Numbered from the stretch's first letter, positions 9,401-19,221 are shown. The stretch is 64,000 nt of DNA from Gloeobacterales cyanobacterium (GCA_038245785.1 JBBRSB010000016.1:32609-96608); one strand, 5' to 3'. The notes: a model not told the origin generated them from the letters alone. Program-made: numbers and translations.

Positions 9401-11075
9401 CTTCAGGCGTTTGACTGAGGAGATTGGCCCGCGCTCCCAAATGCATCTCCAAAGACATGACCAAACCTTCCCGGATTGGGTCAATCGGCGGATTGGTTAC
9501 CTGAGCGAACCGTTGCTGAAAATAGTCGTACAAAGACCGGGGTAAATCGGAGAGAAAGGCAGGGCGGGCATCATTGCCCATGGAAAAGGTTGGCTCCTTT
9601 CCTTCAGCCGCCATCGGATTGATCACTACATCCACGTCTTCAGCGGTGTAGCCAAAAGCGATCTGGCGCGTCAGAAGCGCTGGAGCCTCGAAAGCTTTTT
9701 CCGTTAAGTAACTGGGGCTACTGATATGACGGCGATGCTCGGCAATCCACGCGCCATAGGGTTTTTCCTGAGCGACCCGAGCCTTGATCTCCCAGTTGCG
9801 CAGCACTTCTCCCCGCTCCAAATCTACAGCCAGCATTTGCCCAGGACCCAGACGACCCTTTTCCACGACCCGTTCAATTGGGACATCGACCACGCCAGCC
9901 TCGGAGGAAACGATTACCGTATCGTCGTCCAAAATCATGTAGCGGGCAGGACGCAGGCCATTGCGGTCTAAGAGCGCCCCCACTTGTTTCCCGTTAGAAA
10001 AAGCAATCAGGGCCGGACCATCCCAGGGCTCTTGCAAAGCGCTGTGGTATTCGTAGAAATCTACTACTTCAGGATGGTCTGCCAGTTCTGGCTGGTTCTG
10101 ATAGGCTTCGGGCACCAGCATCATCAGAGCATGGAGCGGAGAACGCCCAGAGTGTACCAAGAGTTCCATCGCATTGTCTAAACTGGCCGAGTCAGAACCT
10201 GTCGGGAATACAACAGGTTTTAGCTCTTCCAAACGGTCTGCCCAATAAGGGTGGCTTAGGTCTGCTTCTCTCGCTCTCATCCAATTACGGTTGCCAATGA
10301 CCGTATTAATTTCTCCGTTGTGACCAAGAATCCGCAGAGGTTGGGCCAAAGGCCAACGAGGGTCCGTATTCGTAGAAAAACGACGGTGATAGACTACAAA
10401 AGAAACTTGATAGTTGGGGTTGGTTAGATCGTCATAGAACATGCCCAAGACTTCAGAACGAACCAAGCCTTTGTAGATGATGGTACGACTCGAAAGGGAA
10501 GCGACGTAGAACTCTTTATACCATTCAGGTTTGTCGATCAAAGACTGCTTCATCCGTTTGCGGACCAAGAATAGTTCTCGTTCCATCTGGTCTTCGGACC
10601 ACTGAGAAGGAGATTCCAAAATCACTTGATAAATATCAGGACAGGTCTTACGCGCCTGCTTGCCAAGGAACTGAGGACGGACAGGCACTTTGCGCCACTG
10701 CACAACCCGAAATCCCGCCTCTGCCAGCACTTGATCACAATGACTTGTACAGTAAGCAACAGCTTCTTTCGACTCTTCAGCCCCTTCTCTCTTCGGCAAA
10801 AAGACCATACCCACCGCTCGATGGGCTGGAGCAGGAAGTACGATTCCTTCGGCTTCTAGTAGTTCCCAGGGAATATTAGAAAGAATTCCTGCCCCATCTC
10901 CCGTATCTCTGTCTCCGCCACAGGCTCCTCGATGTTCCATGCAATCTAAGGCATGCAAGGCCTTCGTCAGCATGTCATGGGTGCGACGGCCTTTGGTATC
11001 TGCCAAAAACCCTACACCGCAGGCGTCATGTTCTTCAGTCAAGAAGGAGTAGTCTTTCATAAGAGAGGGGTACAT
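6459..11075 (-). CDS. glsF: Ferredoxin-dependent glutamate synthase (Fd-GOGAT)
   Basis: CGVGF N-terminus, HRRFSTNT, GKSNSGEGGE, QGAKPGEGGQLPG, CIMARICHTNNC; 1538 aa; no adjacent gltD. Confidence 0.93.
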   Translation of the reverse strand: MYPSLMKDYSFLTEEHDACGVGFLADTKGRRTHDMLTKALHALDCMEHRGACGGDRDTGDGAGILSNIPWELLEAEGIVLPAPAHRAVGMVFLPKREGAEESKEAVAYCTSHCDQVLAEAGFRVVQWRKVPVRPQFLGKQARKTCPDIYQVILESPSQWSEDQMERELFLVRKRMKQSLIDKPEWYKEFYVASLSSRTIIYKGLVRSEVLGMFYDDLTNPNYQVSFVVYHRRFSTNTDPRWPLAQPLRILGHNGEINTVIGNRNWMRAREADLSHPYWADRLEELKPVVFPTGSDSASLDNAMELLVHSGRSPLHALMMLVPEAYQNQPELADHPEVVDFYEYHSALQEPWDGPALIAFSNGKQVGALLDRNGLRPARYMILDDDTVIVSSEAGVVDVPIERVVEKGRLGPGQMLAVDLERGEVLRNWEIKARVAQEKPYGAWIAEHRRHISSPSYLTEKAFEAPALLTRQIAFGYTAEDVDVVINPMAAEGKEPTFSMGNDARPAFLSDLPRSLYDYFQQRFAQVTNPPIDPIREGLVMSLEMHLGARANLLSQTPEAARTIHLKSPVLSERQLEELKQQPEPFGAAVLSIVFNLGDGPQGLEKALEQLCVEAETQVKAGKSLLILSDRALEADHPAIPPLLAVGAVHHHLIRAGLRMKASLIVETAACWSTHHFACLLGYGASAVCPYLTYETIRHWYDHPKTQMELSQGKLKLTVIEAQQKYVEAVEAGILKILSKMGISLLSSYSGAQIFEALGLGPTLIKRAFDATPSRIGGLELEDLAQEVVSFHQQAYPELTSTKLVQYGLLAYKPDGEYHINNPQMVKALHAAVGLKEDKSGLSEHELYERYLSIVRNRPPTAIRDLFELTSDREAIPLDEVESVESILQRFCTGGMSLGALSKEAHEVLAIAMNRIGGKSNSGEGGEDPLRYKPIQDIQADGTSPHFPGLKGLKPGDRAGSAIRQIASGRFGVTPEYLKLADQLEIKIAQGAKPGEGGQLPGHKVSAYIAALRRSKPGVSLISPPPHHDIYSIEDLAQLIFDLHQINPQAKVSVKLVAETGIGTIASGVAKANADVIQVSGHDGGTGASPLSSIKHAGSPWEQGLAEVHQSLILNGLRDRVQLRVDGGLRTGWDVVFAAMLGADEYGFGTIAMVAEGCIMARICHTNNCPVGVTSQKEALRVRFPGVPDHVVNFFTYIGQEVRVTLAGLGFKTLDEVLGRMDLLKERPVTLSKVKNLDLSFFMDGAGTAADRSWVSTRSLSAHSNGPVLDDEMIADSDIEQAVTQHGTVEKTYTILNTDRSVGARLSGVIAERHGNARFQGLIHLTFRGSAGQSFGAFCVQGLRLVLIGEANDYVGKGMNGGEIVIRPFEGATYTPSENVIIGNTCLYGATGGTLYAYGCAGERFAVRNSLADAVVEGAGDHCCEYMTGGHVVVLGPTGRNFGAGMTGGLAFVLDESGTFAEKFNADNGKKLQRVSSLEGQTKLKSLIQGHCRYTDSEKAQTILEQWESYLPQFWLVVPPSEAESLLVKSQGQVLTPAE

Positions 11076-11197
11076 TTAGGTGGCTAGGGTCAACAAACAA
11101 ACTTTGATGGCCGTATTGGTGTGATGCAGCTATGACATTAGCTGCACGCTTATATTCACCATTTTAATCTACAGCTTAAGTTGCTATGCGAAGCTGT

Positions 11198-11887
11198 TTA
11201 TTGCTCAGAATCTAAGGGAACACTTGCCAACCGTAATAGTTCTGCTTCAGCAGCTTGAGCTACGGTCTCAGACGAGTCTTTAGCCAGAAACTTCAAAGGA
11301 GCCAAGGTTTCAGGACTGCCAATACTTCCTAGCGCTTGAGCTACTTTCTGGCGCATCATCCAAGAATCAGAAGCAACGAAGGGCAAAATATAAGCCAAGC
11401 CCCTGATGTCTCCTAGCTCTCCCAACGCACTGACGGCTCCCTCTTTCATCAGACCATCTCCCTGTTTGAGGGCGTCCACAATCATATTGAAAGCACGGTC
11501 GTCTCCAAGATTGCCCAGGGCTACAATTGCACTAAAACGGACAATCCACTCCGTCTCTTCGTAGAAAGCCCGAACCAAAGCGTCATAGGCCCTTACATCT
11601 TCCAGATTGCCTAGAGCGCCAGCGGCATCTGCACGTACTCCGTGGTCTGAGTCTTCCTGCAATACTTTGAGGAGGAGCTCTAGGGATAGGTCACAGGGTT
11701 TTTTGCCCAGTAAAACGCAGGTATAGGCCCGTAGCTGAACAGCAGGGTCTTGAATAATGCTGCGCGCCAAGTCAGCACATAGCTCAGCGGGTTCATCCCG
11801 TAAAGATAGAAGAGCTCTGAGCCGCTCTTGCCGTTCTGGGCTCTGGAGACGAAGCCGAGTAGACTGAACATCAATCACGGGGATCAA
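11198..11887 (-). CDS. nblB: HEAT-repeat PBS lyase-like protein, NblB-like
   Basis: VRADAAGALG.LED.RA...LVRAFYE.TEW.VRFSA.V.LGNL matches my recollection of cyanobacterial NblB. Confidence 0.75.
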   Translation of the reverse strand: MIPVIDVQSTRLRLQSPERQERLRALLSLRDEPAELCADLARSIIQDPAVQLRAYTCVLLGKKPCDLSLELLLKVLQEDSDHGVRADAAGALGNLEDVRAYDALVRAFYEETEWIVRFSAIVALGNLGDDRAFNMIVDALKQGDGLMKEGAVSALGELGDIRGLAYILPFVASDSWMMRQKVAQALGSIGSPETLAPLKFLAKDSSETVAQAAEAELLRLASVPLDSEQ

Positions 11888-11923
11888 GCCTCGTTAATAT
11901 CTGCAATGTTAGTACACAATTTC

Positions 11924-12268
11924 ATGCTGCACATAAGAGATGTTCGTAAGAAAGACTTTATTCAGTATCAAGACCTGATGGATCTCTTGGGATTTGGTCC
12001 CTATGGCGTTTTGGGAGACCTCAAAAAGCGCTATGCCATAGTAGTTTTTGATAGCATAGTCTGCGGACTCGTTCGTTATACGGTTAGTCGCAAAAGCGTT
12101 TTGGTCATTTACGACTTATTGTTTATAGCGGATTATGCAGGCCAAGATTTAGAACCTTTGGTGGTAGAACAGCTGAAAGAACGTCACCGACCGGAAAAAA
12201 CAGTTGTCAAACCTACAAGACCGCGCTGGGATGCCCGTCCTCTAGATGAGTCGGATGAGGAAGAGTAG
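11924..12268 (+). CDS. Hypothetical protein, possibly degenerate GNAT-like
   Basis: ORF; MLHIRDVRKKD start resembles GNAT N-termini; start uncertain. Confidence 0.55.
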   Translation: MLHIRDVRKKDFIQYQDLMDLLGFGPYGVLGDLKKRYAIVVFDSIVCGLVRYTVSRKSVLVIYDLLFIADYAGQDLEPLVVEQLKERHRPEKTVVKPTRPRWDARPLDESDEEE

Positions 12269-12373
12269 AAAGGACGGGTCGCAGAACAGGGATCCATGTG
12301 GCCTGGAAGTGCGCGTGATACAATCCTTATCAATTTAGTCTTCTGCATAAGCAACATAAACGAGCTTTCTTAC

Positions 12374-13438
12374 ATGGTCGATACGGTTGATTCGTTACCC
12401 CCTCTGCACCAAGCCCTGAGACCGATCCGGTTAGGAGTAATTGGCGTAGGCAATATGGGACAGCACCACACCCGGGTGCTTAGTCTTCTCAAAGACGTTG
12501 AGCTTGTGGGCATTGCTGACACCAGCAAAGAACGCGCTATTGATACGGCTGGGAAATATCGCATCAAGTGCTTTGATGATTACCGAGAATTGCTACCCCA
12601 TGTAGATGCTGTATGCATCGCAGTTCCCACTCGCCTTCATTACGACGTCAGTATGGAGTGCATGAAAGCAGGGGTCCATATCCTCATTGAAAAACCGATT
12701 GCAGCCAATATTCAAGAGGCAGAAGCCCTGGTTAAAGAGGCTGTTGAACGGGATCTGATCCTACAGGTAGGCCACATCGAACGCTTCAATCCAGCCTTCC
12801 GCGAACTCTCCAATGTCCTCAAAAGAGAAGAAGTCCTGGCCCTGGAAGCTCACCGCATGAGTCCTTATTCTCAGCGGGCCAATGATGTCAGTGTGGTCTT
12901 TGACTTGATGATCCACGACATTGACCTTGTCCTGGAACTGGTCCCTTCTCAAGTTGTGAAGATGCAGGCTTTTGGCAATCGAGCTTCAGATTCTGGCTAT
13001 CTGGATTTTGTGACTGCCATCTTAGTTTTTGCCAATGGGGTTGTCACGACGCTGACCGCCAGCAAAGTCACCCATCGAAAGATTCGGACCTTAGCGGCCC
13101 ATTGTAAAAACTCTCTCGTAGAAGCAGATTTTTTGAACCATCAAATCCTGATCCACCGTCAAACTACTAGTAACTATATGACAGAGTATGGTCAGGTCCT
13201 TTATCGCCAAGATGGTCTGATTGAGAAAGTCTCGACCACAAATATCGAACCGCTCCATGCCGAATTGGAACATTTCATTCACTGTGTTCGAGGAGGAGAA
13301 CCCCCTTCTGTTGGTGGAGAACAAGCGTTGAAAGCTTTGCGACTGGCTAGCTTGATTGAGCAGATGGCTGTAGATGGCACCCTTCAAAATGCCAACGACG
13401 CTGACAACCCGACGCCAAGGACGGAGGTCCCAGTTTGA
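12374..13438 (+). CDS. Gfo/Idh/MocA family oxidoreductase
   Basis: GVIGVGNMG, EKPIA, GHIERFNP, DLMIHDID motifs. Confidence 0.93.
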   Translation: MVDTVDSLPPLHQALRPIRLGVIGVGNMGQHHTRVLSLLKDVELVGIADTSKERAIDTAGKYRIKCFDDYRELLPHVDAVCIAVPTRLHYDVSMECMKAGVHILIEKPIAANIQEAEALVKEAVERDLILQVGHIERFNPAFRELSNVLKREEVLALEAHRMSPYSQRANDVSVVFDLMIHDIDLVLELVPSQVVKMQAFGNRASDSGYLDFVTAILVFANGVVTTLTASKVTHRKIRTLAAHCKNSLVEADFLNHQILIHRQTTSNYMTEYGQVLYRQDGLIEKVSTTNIEPLHAELEHFIHCVRGGEPPSVGGEQALKALRLASLIEQMAVDGTLQNANDADNPTPRTEVPV

Positions 13439-14544
13439 TTCCCATTTTTGATACCAGTGCCCAAACTGCCAAGCTTCAAGAACAATTCAAGGAAGTGCTG
13501 GCAGATGTCATGCTGGATGGCCGCTATATTCTCGGTCCCAACGTCCAAGCCTTTGAAAAAGAAGTAGCTGCCCTCTGCGATGTGACCTTAGGTCTTGGTG
13601 TCGCCTCCGGAACCGATGCGCTGCATCTTGCGCTCAAGGCTTGCGGTGTCGGCCCTGGTGATGAAGTGATCACGCCTTCATTCACCTTTATTGCAACGGC
13701 AGAAGCGATTGCCTACTGTGGAGCAACTCCTGTCTTTGTGGACATTGATCCGGAAACTTTTAACGTAGATCCTGTGCAGGTAGCACAGAAGATCACGGCT
13801 CGGACCAAGGTGATTATGCCCGTCCACCTGTTTGGTCAAATGGCTGATATGGACGCAATCATGAGCTTGGCTCAGGAGCATGGAATCCAAGTAGTAGAGG
13901 ACTGTGCCCAGGCGATTGGCGCTACTTATAAAGGTCGTCCTTCCGGTTCTTTTGGCGCGGCAGGATGCTTTAGTTTTTATCCGACTAAGAATTTAGGCGC
14001 TTTTGGTGACGGAGGTATGGTCGTCACTGCTGACCCAACCCTGGCTGCTCAGGTTTCTAAACTGCGAGCCCATGGTTCCAATGTCCGTTATTACCATGAT
14101 GAAGTCGGGTTCTGCTCTCGACTCGATGAAGTACAAGCAGCTATTTTACGAGTGAAGCTTCCCCATCTGCAAAGCTGGAATAATCGACGGGCTGAAATTG
14201 CCCAGTTCTACAATGAACGGTTTGAAAATCTACCCGTCCAGACTCCAGTAACTGCCTCAGGCAATAACCATACCTATCATCAATACACGCTCAGAGCGCC
14301 AGACCGGGACCGCTTGGTAAAAGAAATGGAAGCAGCAGGCATCGGGGCGATGATTTACTATCCAGTCCCAATTCATCTGCAAAATGCCTTCCAATCTTTC
14401 GGTTATCAACCAGGAGCTCTTCCCGCTTCTGAAAAAGCGGCAGCGGAAGTTCTATCCCTGCCTATTTTCCCAGAACTCACTGACTCACAAGCTGAACAGG
14501 TAGCGGATACATTGACTGCTATTTTGAACAAAGTTGCCGTTTAA
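13435..14544 (+). CDS. DegT/DnrJ/EryC1/StrS family aminotransferase
   Basis: SGTDAL, EDCAQAIG, FSFYPTKNLGAFGDGG; 4-nt overlap with the upstream gene. Confidence 0.95.
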   Translation: MIPIFDTSAQTAKLQEQFKEVLADVMLDGRYILGPNVQAFEKEVAALCDVTLGLGVASGTDALHLALKACGVGPGDEVITPSFTFIATAEAIAYCGATPVFVDIDPETFNVDPVQVAQKITARTKVIMPVHLFGQMADMDAIMSLAQEHGIQVVEDCAQAIGATYKGRPSGSFGAAGCFSFYPTKNLGAFGDGGMVVTADPTLAAQVSKLRAHGSNVRYYHDEVGFCSRLDEVQAAILRVKLPHLQSWNNRRAEIAQFYNERFENLPVQTPVTASGNNHTYHQYTLRAPDRDRLVKEMEAAGIGAMIYYPVPIHLQNAFQSFGYQPGALPASEKAAAEVLSLPIFPELTDSQAEQVADTLTAILNKVAV

Positions 14545-14549
14545 TGATG

Positions 14550-14595
14550 CCCTCATCCCCTAACCCCTTCTCCCAAGTTTGGGAGAAGGGGAACC
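14550..14595. repeat. REP-like hairpin element
   Basis: Perfect 13-bp arms ccccttctcccaa-gt-ttgggagaagggg (14564-14591) preceded by ccctcatccccta. Confidence 0.65.
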
Positions 14596-14840
14596 GGACT
14601 CTTGCTCTGTTCTCTCGATTTTAGACGAGGGGTTGAGAGAGAGGTTTGTTGAAGTAATTCTTTCTTGAATTTGCATATGCCTGGCAAAGCTCATCAAATT
14701 TAGTCATCTTTTTTTCCGCGATGCTCCCTCTGGGTCAATTATGCCCCACACCTGTAAAGGCTTGATTTTATCGAGGTCAAGACTTGCAATAAAGAAAGTC
14801 TTCGCCCAGGATTAGCAGCCAGTCCAGGGTATTATAGAAT

Positions 14841-14856
14841 ACGTATATGTATACGT
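14841..14856. promoter_or_regulatory. Palindromic operator candidate for the TA operon
   Basis: acgtata-tg-tatacgt, 13 nt upstream of the antitoxin ATG. Confidence 0.55.
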
Positions 14857-14869
14857 CCTAAGTACAGCC

Positions 14870-15094
14870 ATGCACAAAAAAATGACCATCACCCTAGATG
14901 AAGAAGTTTATGATGCACTCCATCGAGTCGTAGGACGAGGGAATATCAGCCAGTTCATCGAGGATTTGGCTCGTCCTCATGTCCTCAAGGAAGATCTAGC
15001 CTCTGCTTATCAAGCAATGGCCGCAGACACTGAGCGGGAACGGGAGGCAATGGAATGGATCGAGGGCACCATCGGGGATGTAGGGGATGCTTAG
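14870..15094 (+). CDS. RHH-type antitoxin
   Basis: [14 protein letters not shown]-terminus; 8-nt overlap with the mazF-like gene. Confidence 0.85.
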   Translation: MHKKMTITLDEEVYDALHRVVGRGNISQFIEDLARPHVLKEDLASAYQAMAADTEREREAMEWIEGTIGDVGDA

Positions 15095-15413
15095 GGGTGA
15101 GGTTTGGTGGGTTGATTTCGAACCAGCCCTAGGAGGAGAAATTCGTAAGACTCGCCCTGCTGTTATCGTTAGCAATGATGCGGCTAATGCTGCCCTAAAC
15201 CGAGTGCAGGTAATCCCTTTAACCACTAACACTGGAAGACTGTATCCCAGCGAGGCAATCGTGATGGTGGATGGCAAGGAAAGCAAGGCCATGGCCGACC
15301 AGTTGACAACAGCATCCAAAGAACGACTCAAGAATCAGCTTGGGACCCTTTCTTCAAAGGATGTAAAAGCGGTTGAGCGTATTATCAAAATTCAACTGGG
15401 AATGAAGCTTTGA
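15087..15413 (+). CDS. mazF: PemK/MazF family endoribonuclease toxin
   Basis: [22 protein letters not shown]. Confidence 0.93.
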   Translation: MLRGEVWWVDFEPALGGEIRKTRPAVIVSNDAANAALNRVQVIPLTTNTGRLYPSEAIVMVDGKESKAMADQLTTASKERLKNQLGTLSSKDVKAVERIIKIQLGMKL

Positions 15414-15548
15414 TACCCCCTGAAGGCATAGGCTTTCTTTAGACAAAGCCTGCGTACTACCTATAGTGAGCTGTCAGGGGGCAACCCTATATATTACAAC
15501 TTGGCGAATCTTGGAATCCGAAAAATGTGCTATGCAGTTTAACTGGTT

Positions 15549-15968
15549 TTAGTTTTGCTGAGTCGCCACAACCAATTTTTTCAAACCAGCTTGTCGCGCT
15601 GCATCCATAACCCGAACTACATCTTTCTGTTTAGAGTTAGCATCCGCTTGCACTACTAAGACCGTTTGTCCTGTCTCTTTAGCCTGTTTCTCTAGAGCTG
15701 GGAGGAGCGCATCGCCGCTAATCTTGGTTCCATTCAAAGCGTATTGGCCCTTGGCGTCTATGCCGACCGTAATATTTTTCTGCTCCGTCTTGTCTCCCGA
15801 TTTGGAGGTAGGAAGTTCTACCTTTAAGCCCGAATCCTGAATCAACGGTGCGGTGATGAGCAAGATAATAACCAGGACCAGGAAGACGTCCGTGAGCGGT
15901 GTTATGTTGATTTCTGTAAAGCCACCGCGACTCCGAGAACCTCGTCCTCCCCCCATCTTTACTGCCAT
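15549..15968 (-). CDS. exbD: ExbD/TolR family protein
   Basis: EINITPLTDVFLVL; VELP; V.VMDAARQAG. Confidence 0.92.
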   Translation of the reverse strand: MAVKMGGGRGSRSRGGFTEINITPLTDVFLVLVIILLITAPLIQDSGLKVELPTSKSGDKTEQKNITVGIDAKGQYALNGTKISGDALLPALEKQAKETGQTVLVVQADANSKQKDVVRVMDAARQAGLKKLVVATQQN

Positions 15969-15983
15969 GGTCGGAACCTCTTG

Positions 15984-16670
15984 CTAATAGCTTTGATAGG
16001 GTTGGTCGGTGGATGGAGAATAGGCCGATGATTTACCTGCAGGCATCTTGGCGGGCATGCTAGATTCAGAAAAACTGAGGAAGAGGCGCTTTAAGAGCTG
16101 CATATCATCTTCAAATTTGCCCAGAATACTCTGGAAGATGTTGTAGGCCACTACGGCGATGATGGCGATGACCAAACCAGCAGCGGTAGCAATGAGCGCG
16201 AAACCGATCTCAGAGGCCAGTTGATTACTTCTAGCCCCAGCCTGGGCAAAAGTTTGGAAGGAACGAAGAATTCCGACTACCGTTCCCAGTAGTCCCAAGA
16301 AGGGTGTTACCGCTCCAATCGTTCCCAATATAGAAAGGTTCTGCTCTAACTTGCGCAAACCAAGGCTTGTCGCAATGTCAAAAGCTGATTCAAAGCCTCT
16401 GCGGTTTACTTCTAGCAGCCGAATACCTTCTTGCGCTACATCGCCTAGGACGCCGCCCATATTTTCTGCCATGGACTGAGCAGAATTCATATTGCCTGCC
16501 TCAAGTTCCCGTTGGACGCGTTCAACGAATTTGCCAACATCTCGGCGGTTGCGGTTCAGGAACAGCGCTCGCTCGAAAATTACGGCTATCGTCATGACCG
16601 AGGCAGCAATCATCGGCAGGGAGATCCACCAATCATTGAAGAGGAATTTTAGAATGTCTTCGAAAATCAT
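15984..16670 (-). CDS. exbB: MotA/TolQ/ExbB proton channel protein
   Basis: LGTIG...PFLGLLGTV.GI..SF; ALIATAAGL. Confidence 0.92.
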   Translation of the reverse strand: MIFEDILKFLFNDWWISLPMIAASVMTIAVIFERALFLNRNRRDVGKFVERVQRELEAGNMNSAQSMAENMGGVLGDVAQEGIRLLEVNRRGFESAFDIATSLGLRKLEQNLSILGTIGAVTPFLGLLGTVVGILRSFQTFAQAGARSNQLASEIGFALIATAAGLVIAIIAVVAYNIFQSILGKFEDDMQLLKRLFLSFSESSMPAKMPAGKSSAYSPSTDQPYQSY

Positions 16671-16913
16671 TGCAGGCTCATGTAGGGATCGGATTTGATT
16701 AATTGTAGCGAAGTTTTACAAACCATTTCTGGAGAGAGATGCGCTAAATTACTGTACAGCCGTACTTCTCAAAGACAGACCTGCCCCATTACCCAAAAGT
16801 TCCGGGCCAAAAGTCTTCGAGTATGTACTAAGCATAGCCTAGTGTACCCTTCAGGGATCTTAGCCCCTCGCATACCGATATGCTGGGTTTTGTATATCGG
16901 TCTTAACAAGTTT

Positions 16914-18434
16914 GTGGAAAACACTGAGAAAGTATCGTTCATAGGTGCGGGCCCAGGAGGACTGGATTACTGGACCAAGCGAGGTCTAGAACTTTTGCGT
17001 AGTGCGGAAGTGGTCCTTTATGACGACCTTTTAGACATCGAATGGCAGAAGGTCATAGGTCCTAGAGCCATCCTCGTTCCTGTGGGTAAACGAGGAGGAC
17101 AAGAAACCATATCCCAGCAGGAAATCAACCAACTCCTGATTGAGTACGCCCAGAAAGGCTACAAAGTCGTACGGGTGAAGGCCGGTTCCCCTTGGCTGTT
17201 TGGACGCCTAGCCGAAGAATTGGATGCTTTAGTGGACGCAGGATTTTCTTTCGAGGTAGTACCCGGCATCAGTTCTTCGTTGGAAGCGCTTGGGTTTGCG
17301 GGGATTCCGCTGACAACGAAAACAGATAGTCGATGCTTTGGCGTGTTTTCAGGCCATAATCTCGACCTTATTCCCTGGGCAGGAGTAGCTCAACTGGAGA
17401 CTTTGGTCATTCTGATGGGAACCCGCAATCTCCCAGCCATTGCCCAGCGTCTAGTACAGGAGGGAAAATCCACGACTACACCGCTGGCGGCTATCCAATG
17501 GGGCGGTACCCCCAGACAAAAGGTTCAAACTACAACCTTAGAAGCCATCCTCCAAGGGGAGAAAGTCCTCGATTCTCCCGCTACGCTCGTGATTGGTTCG
17601 GTGGTAGAAGCCAGACAGCGGTATCAATGGTTTGATCAAGGACCACTTTTTGGGCAGCAGGTACTGGTAACGAGAGCAGTGACGGGTGAGAAGGATTCCC
17701 TAACACAAGCCCTCCGTTCTTACGGGGCGCTGGTCCTGGAAATGCCTGTTTTAGAAATCACGGCACCTAGCCATTGGGAACCCTTGGATCGGGCGATTCA
17801 GGACCTAAGAAGTTTTCATTGGTTGATGCTGACCTCTGCGCAGGGCGTTCACTATTTCTTTGAGCGTTTACGGGCGGTGGGCTTAGACAGTAGGGCCTTA
17901 GGTGGCGTCAAGATTGCCGTAGTCGGTCAAAAAACGGCAGAAAGCTTACTGCGTCAAGGGATTATTCCTGACTTCATCCCCAGGGCTTTTGTGGCAGATG
18001 CCCTGCTTCAAGAATTCCCCGACCGTGAACAGCTTACAGGCCAAAAAATTCTCTTTCCTCGCGTGGAGTCAGGAGGGCGAGAAGTGCTGACCGAAGGCTT
18101 AAGAGCACTGAGAGCTGATGTGGTAGAAGTTCCGGCCTATCAATCCCGCTGCCCCGACCAAGTCTCTCCAGCAATTATTCAAGCGCTCTCCTTTGGACAA
18201 GTACAAGCGGTAACCTTCACCAGTTCTAAAACCGTCCGTCATTTTTGTACCCTATGCATACAGGCAGGGTTAGATCTCACGCTTATCCTGCAATCCGTAA
18301 CCATCGCTTCCATTGGTCCTCAGACTTCTAAGACCTGCCAGGAACTCCTAGGACGGGTAGATGTGGAAGCAAATCCGTATACGATGCAATCTCTTGCAGA
18401 AGCCCTTGCCAAATTTCAGAGCAAAATAAAGTAA
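16914..18434 (+). CDS. cobA: Uroporphyrinogen-III C-methyltransferase / synthase fusion (CobA-HemD)
   Basis: IGAGPG, VGKRGG, VVPGISS; C-terminal VLVTRA...LTS..GV...FTSSKTV..ASIGPQT; probable GTG start at 16914. Confidence 0.93.
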   Translation: MENTEKVSFIGAGPGGLDYWTKRGLELLRSAEVVLYDDLLDIEWQKVIGPRAILVPVGKRGGQETISQQEINQLLIEYAQKGYKVVRVKAGSPWLFGRLAEELDALVDAGFSFEVVPGISSSLEALGFAGIPLTTKTDSRCFGVFSGHNLDLIPWAGVAQLETLVILMGTRNLPAIAQRLVQEGKSTTTPLAAIQWGGTPRQKVQTTTLEAILQGEKVLDSPATLVIGSVVEARQRYQWFDQGPLFGQQVLVTRAVTGEKDSLTQALRSYGALVLEMPVLEITAPSHWEPLDRAIQDLRSFHWLMLTSAQGVHYFFERLRAVGLDSRALGGVKIAVVGQKTAESLLRQGIIPDFIPRAFVADALLQEFPDREQLTGQKILFPRVESGGREVLTEGLRALRADVVEVPAYQSRCPDQVSPAIIQALSFGQVQAVTFTSSKTVRHFCTLCIQAGLDLTLILQSVTIASIGPQTSKTCQELLGRVDVEANPYTMQSLAEALAKFQSKIK

Positions 18435-18480
18435 TGAGTTGTCCTCCAGCCATGTCACTCAGAGCTCATTTTGCACCGAG

Positions 18481-18503
18481 TTAGCTAGACTGGACTTAGC
18501 TAG
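18481..18503. promoter_or_regulatory. Tandem TTAGCTAG operator candidate
   Basis: TTAGCTAG at 18481 and 18496, just upstream of the antitoxin. Confidence 0.5.
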
Positions 18504-18518
18504 TTTCAGGGTTTATCG

Positions 18519-18758
18519 ATGTATCAAGCAAATATGCATGAGGCCAAGAGCAAGCTTTCCCAATTGGTTGAAATGGTCCTAGCGGGTGAAGAGGTGATTA
18601 TCAACAGAGCGGGGAAGCCTGTAGCCAAGTTGATCGCTTATCAAGAAGAGCAAGAAGATCGAGCTTTGGGGGCATTGAAAGGAAAATTATGGATATCCCC
18701 AGATTTCGATGAGCTCCCCCCAGACCTTGAAGCAGCCTTCTATGGTGAAAATGTATGA
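18519..18758 (+). CDS. Phd/YefM family antitoxin
   Basis: NMHEAKSKLSQLV...GEEVII.RAGKPVAKL. Confidence 0.92.
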   Translation: MYQANMHEAKSKLSQLVEMVLAGEEVIINRAGKPVAKLIAYQEEQEDRALGALKGKLWISPDFDELPPDLEAAFYGENV

Positions 18759-19132
18759 GATTGCTGCTAGATACCCATGTATTGCTGTGGGCTTTAGCAG
18801 ACGATTCTGAGTTATCCGAAAGCATGCGGTCCAGTATTGTCTACAGAAAGAATGAAGTCTTTGTCAGTACTGCTAGCATTTGGGAAATCTCTATCAAAGA
18901 AGCCATAGGGAAGTTAAAAACTGCTGAAAACCTTTTGGAATTTATCGCCCAGGCAAGATTTATAGTCCTGCTGATCATGGCTAACCACGCTCAGTTCGCT
19001 GGTCGTTTGCCCATGCATCATAGAGACCCTTTTGACCGGATGTTGGTAGCCCAAGCCATCCTTGATGGGCTAATACTGGTCACAAAAGATGGACAACTAT
19101 CGGCTTATCAAGTGCCACTCTTCCCTTGGTAA
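18755..19132 (+). CDS. vapC: PIN-domain VapC toxin
   Basis: LLLDTH.LLW, S.ASIWEI.IK, HRDPFDRMLVAQA, LVTKD; ATGA overlap. Confidence 0.93.
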   Translation: MRLLLDTHVLLWALADDSELSESMRSSIVYRKNEVFVSTASIWEISIKEAIGKLKTAENLLEFIAQARFIVLLIMANHAQFAGRLPMHHRDPFDRMLVAQAILDGLILVTKDGQLSAYQVPLFPW

Positions 19133-19221
19133 GACAATCGTGAAGTCTTGATGTAGCAGGGTAAAAAGCGCTGTGGTCCGGGAATTCTGGGGACTGTAAC
19201 GCTTAGTAGAAGAGGCGGACT

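Noticed and set aside
3666..10859. Many 60-170 aa ORFs antisense or out of frame within ribBA and glsF (and likewise within fabF, copA, copB)
   Set aside because: Shadow ORFs of well-supported genes with no recognisable motifs
16695..16913. 73-aa N-terminal extension of CobA-HemD in the ORF track
   Set aside because: Homology starts near the GTG at 16914; the region is a divergent promoter containing a hairpin (16874-16901)
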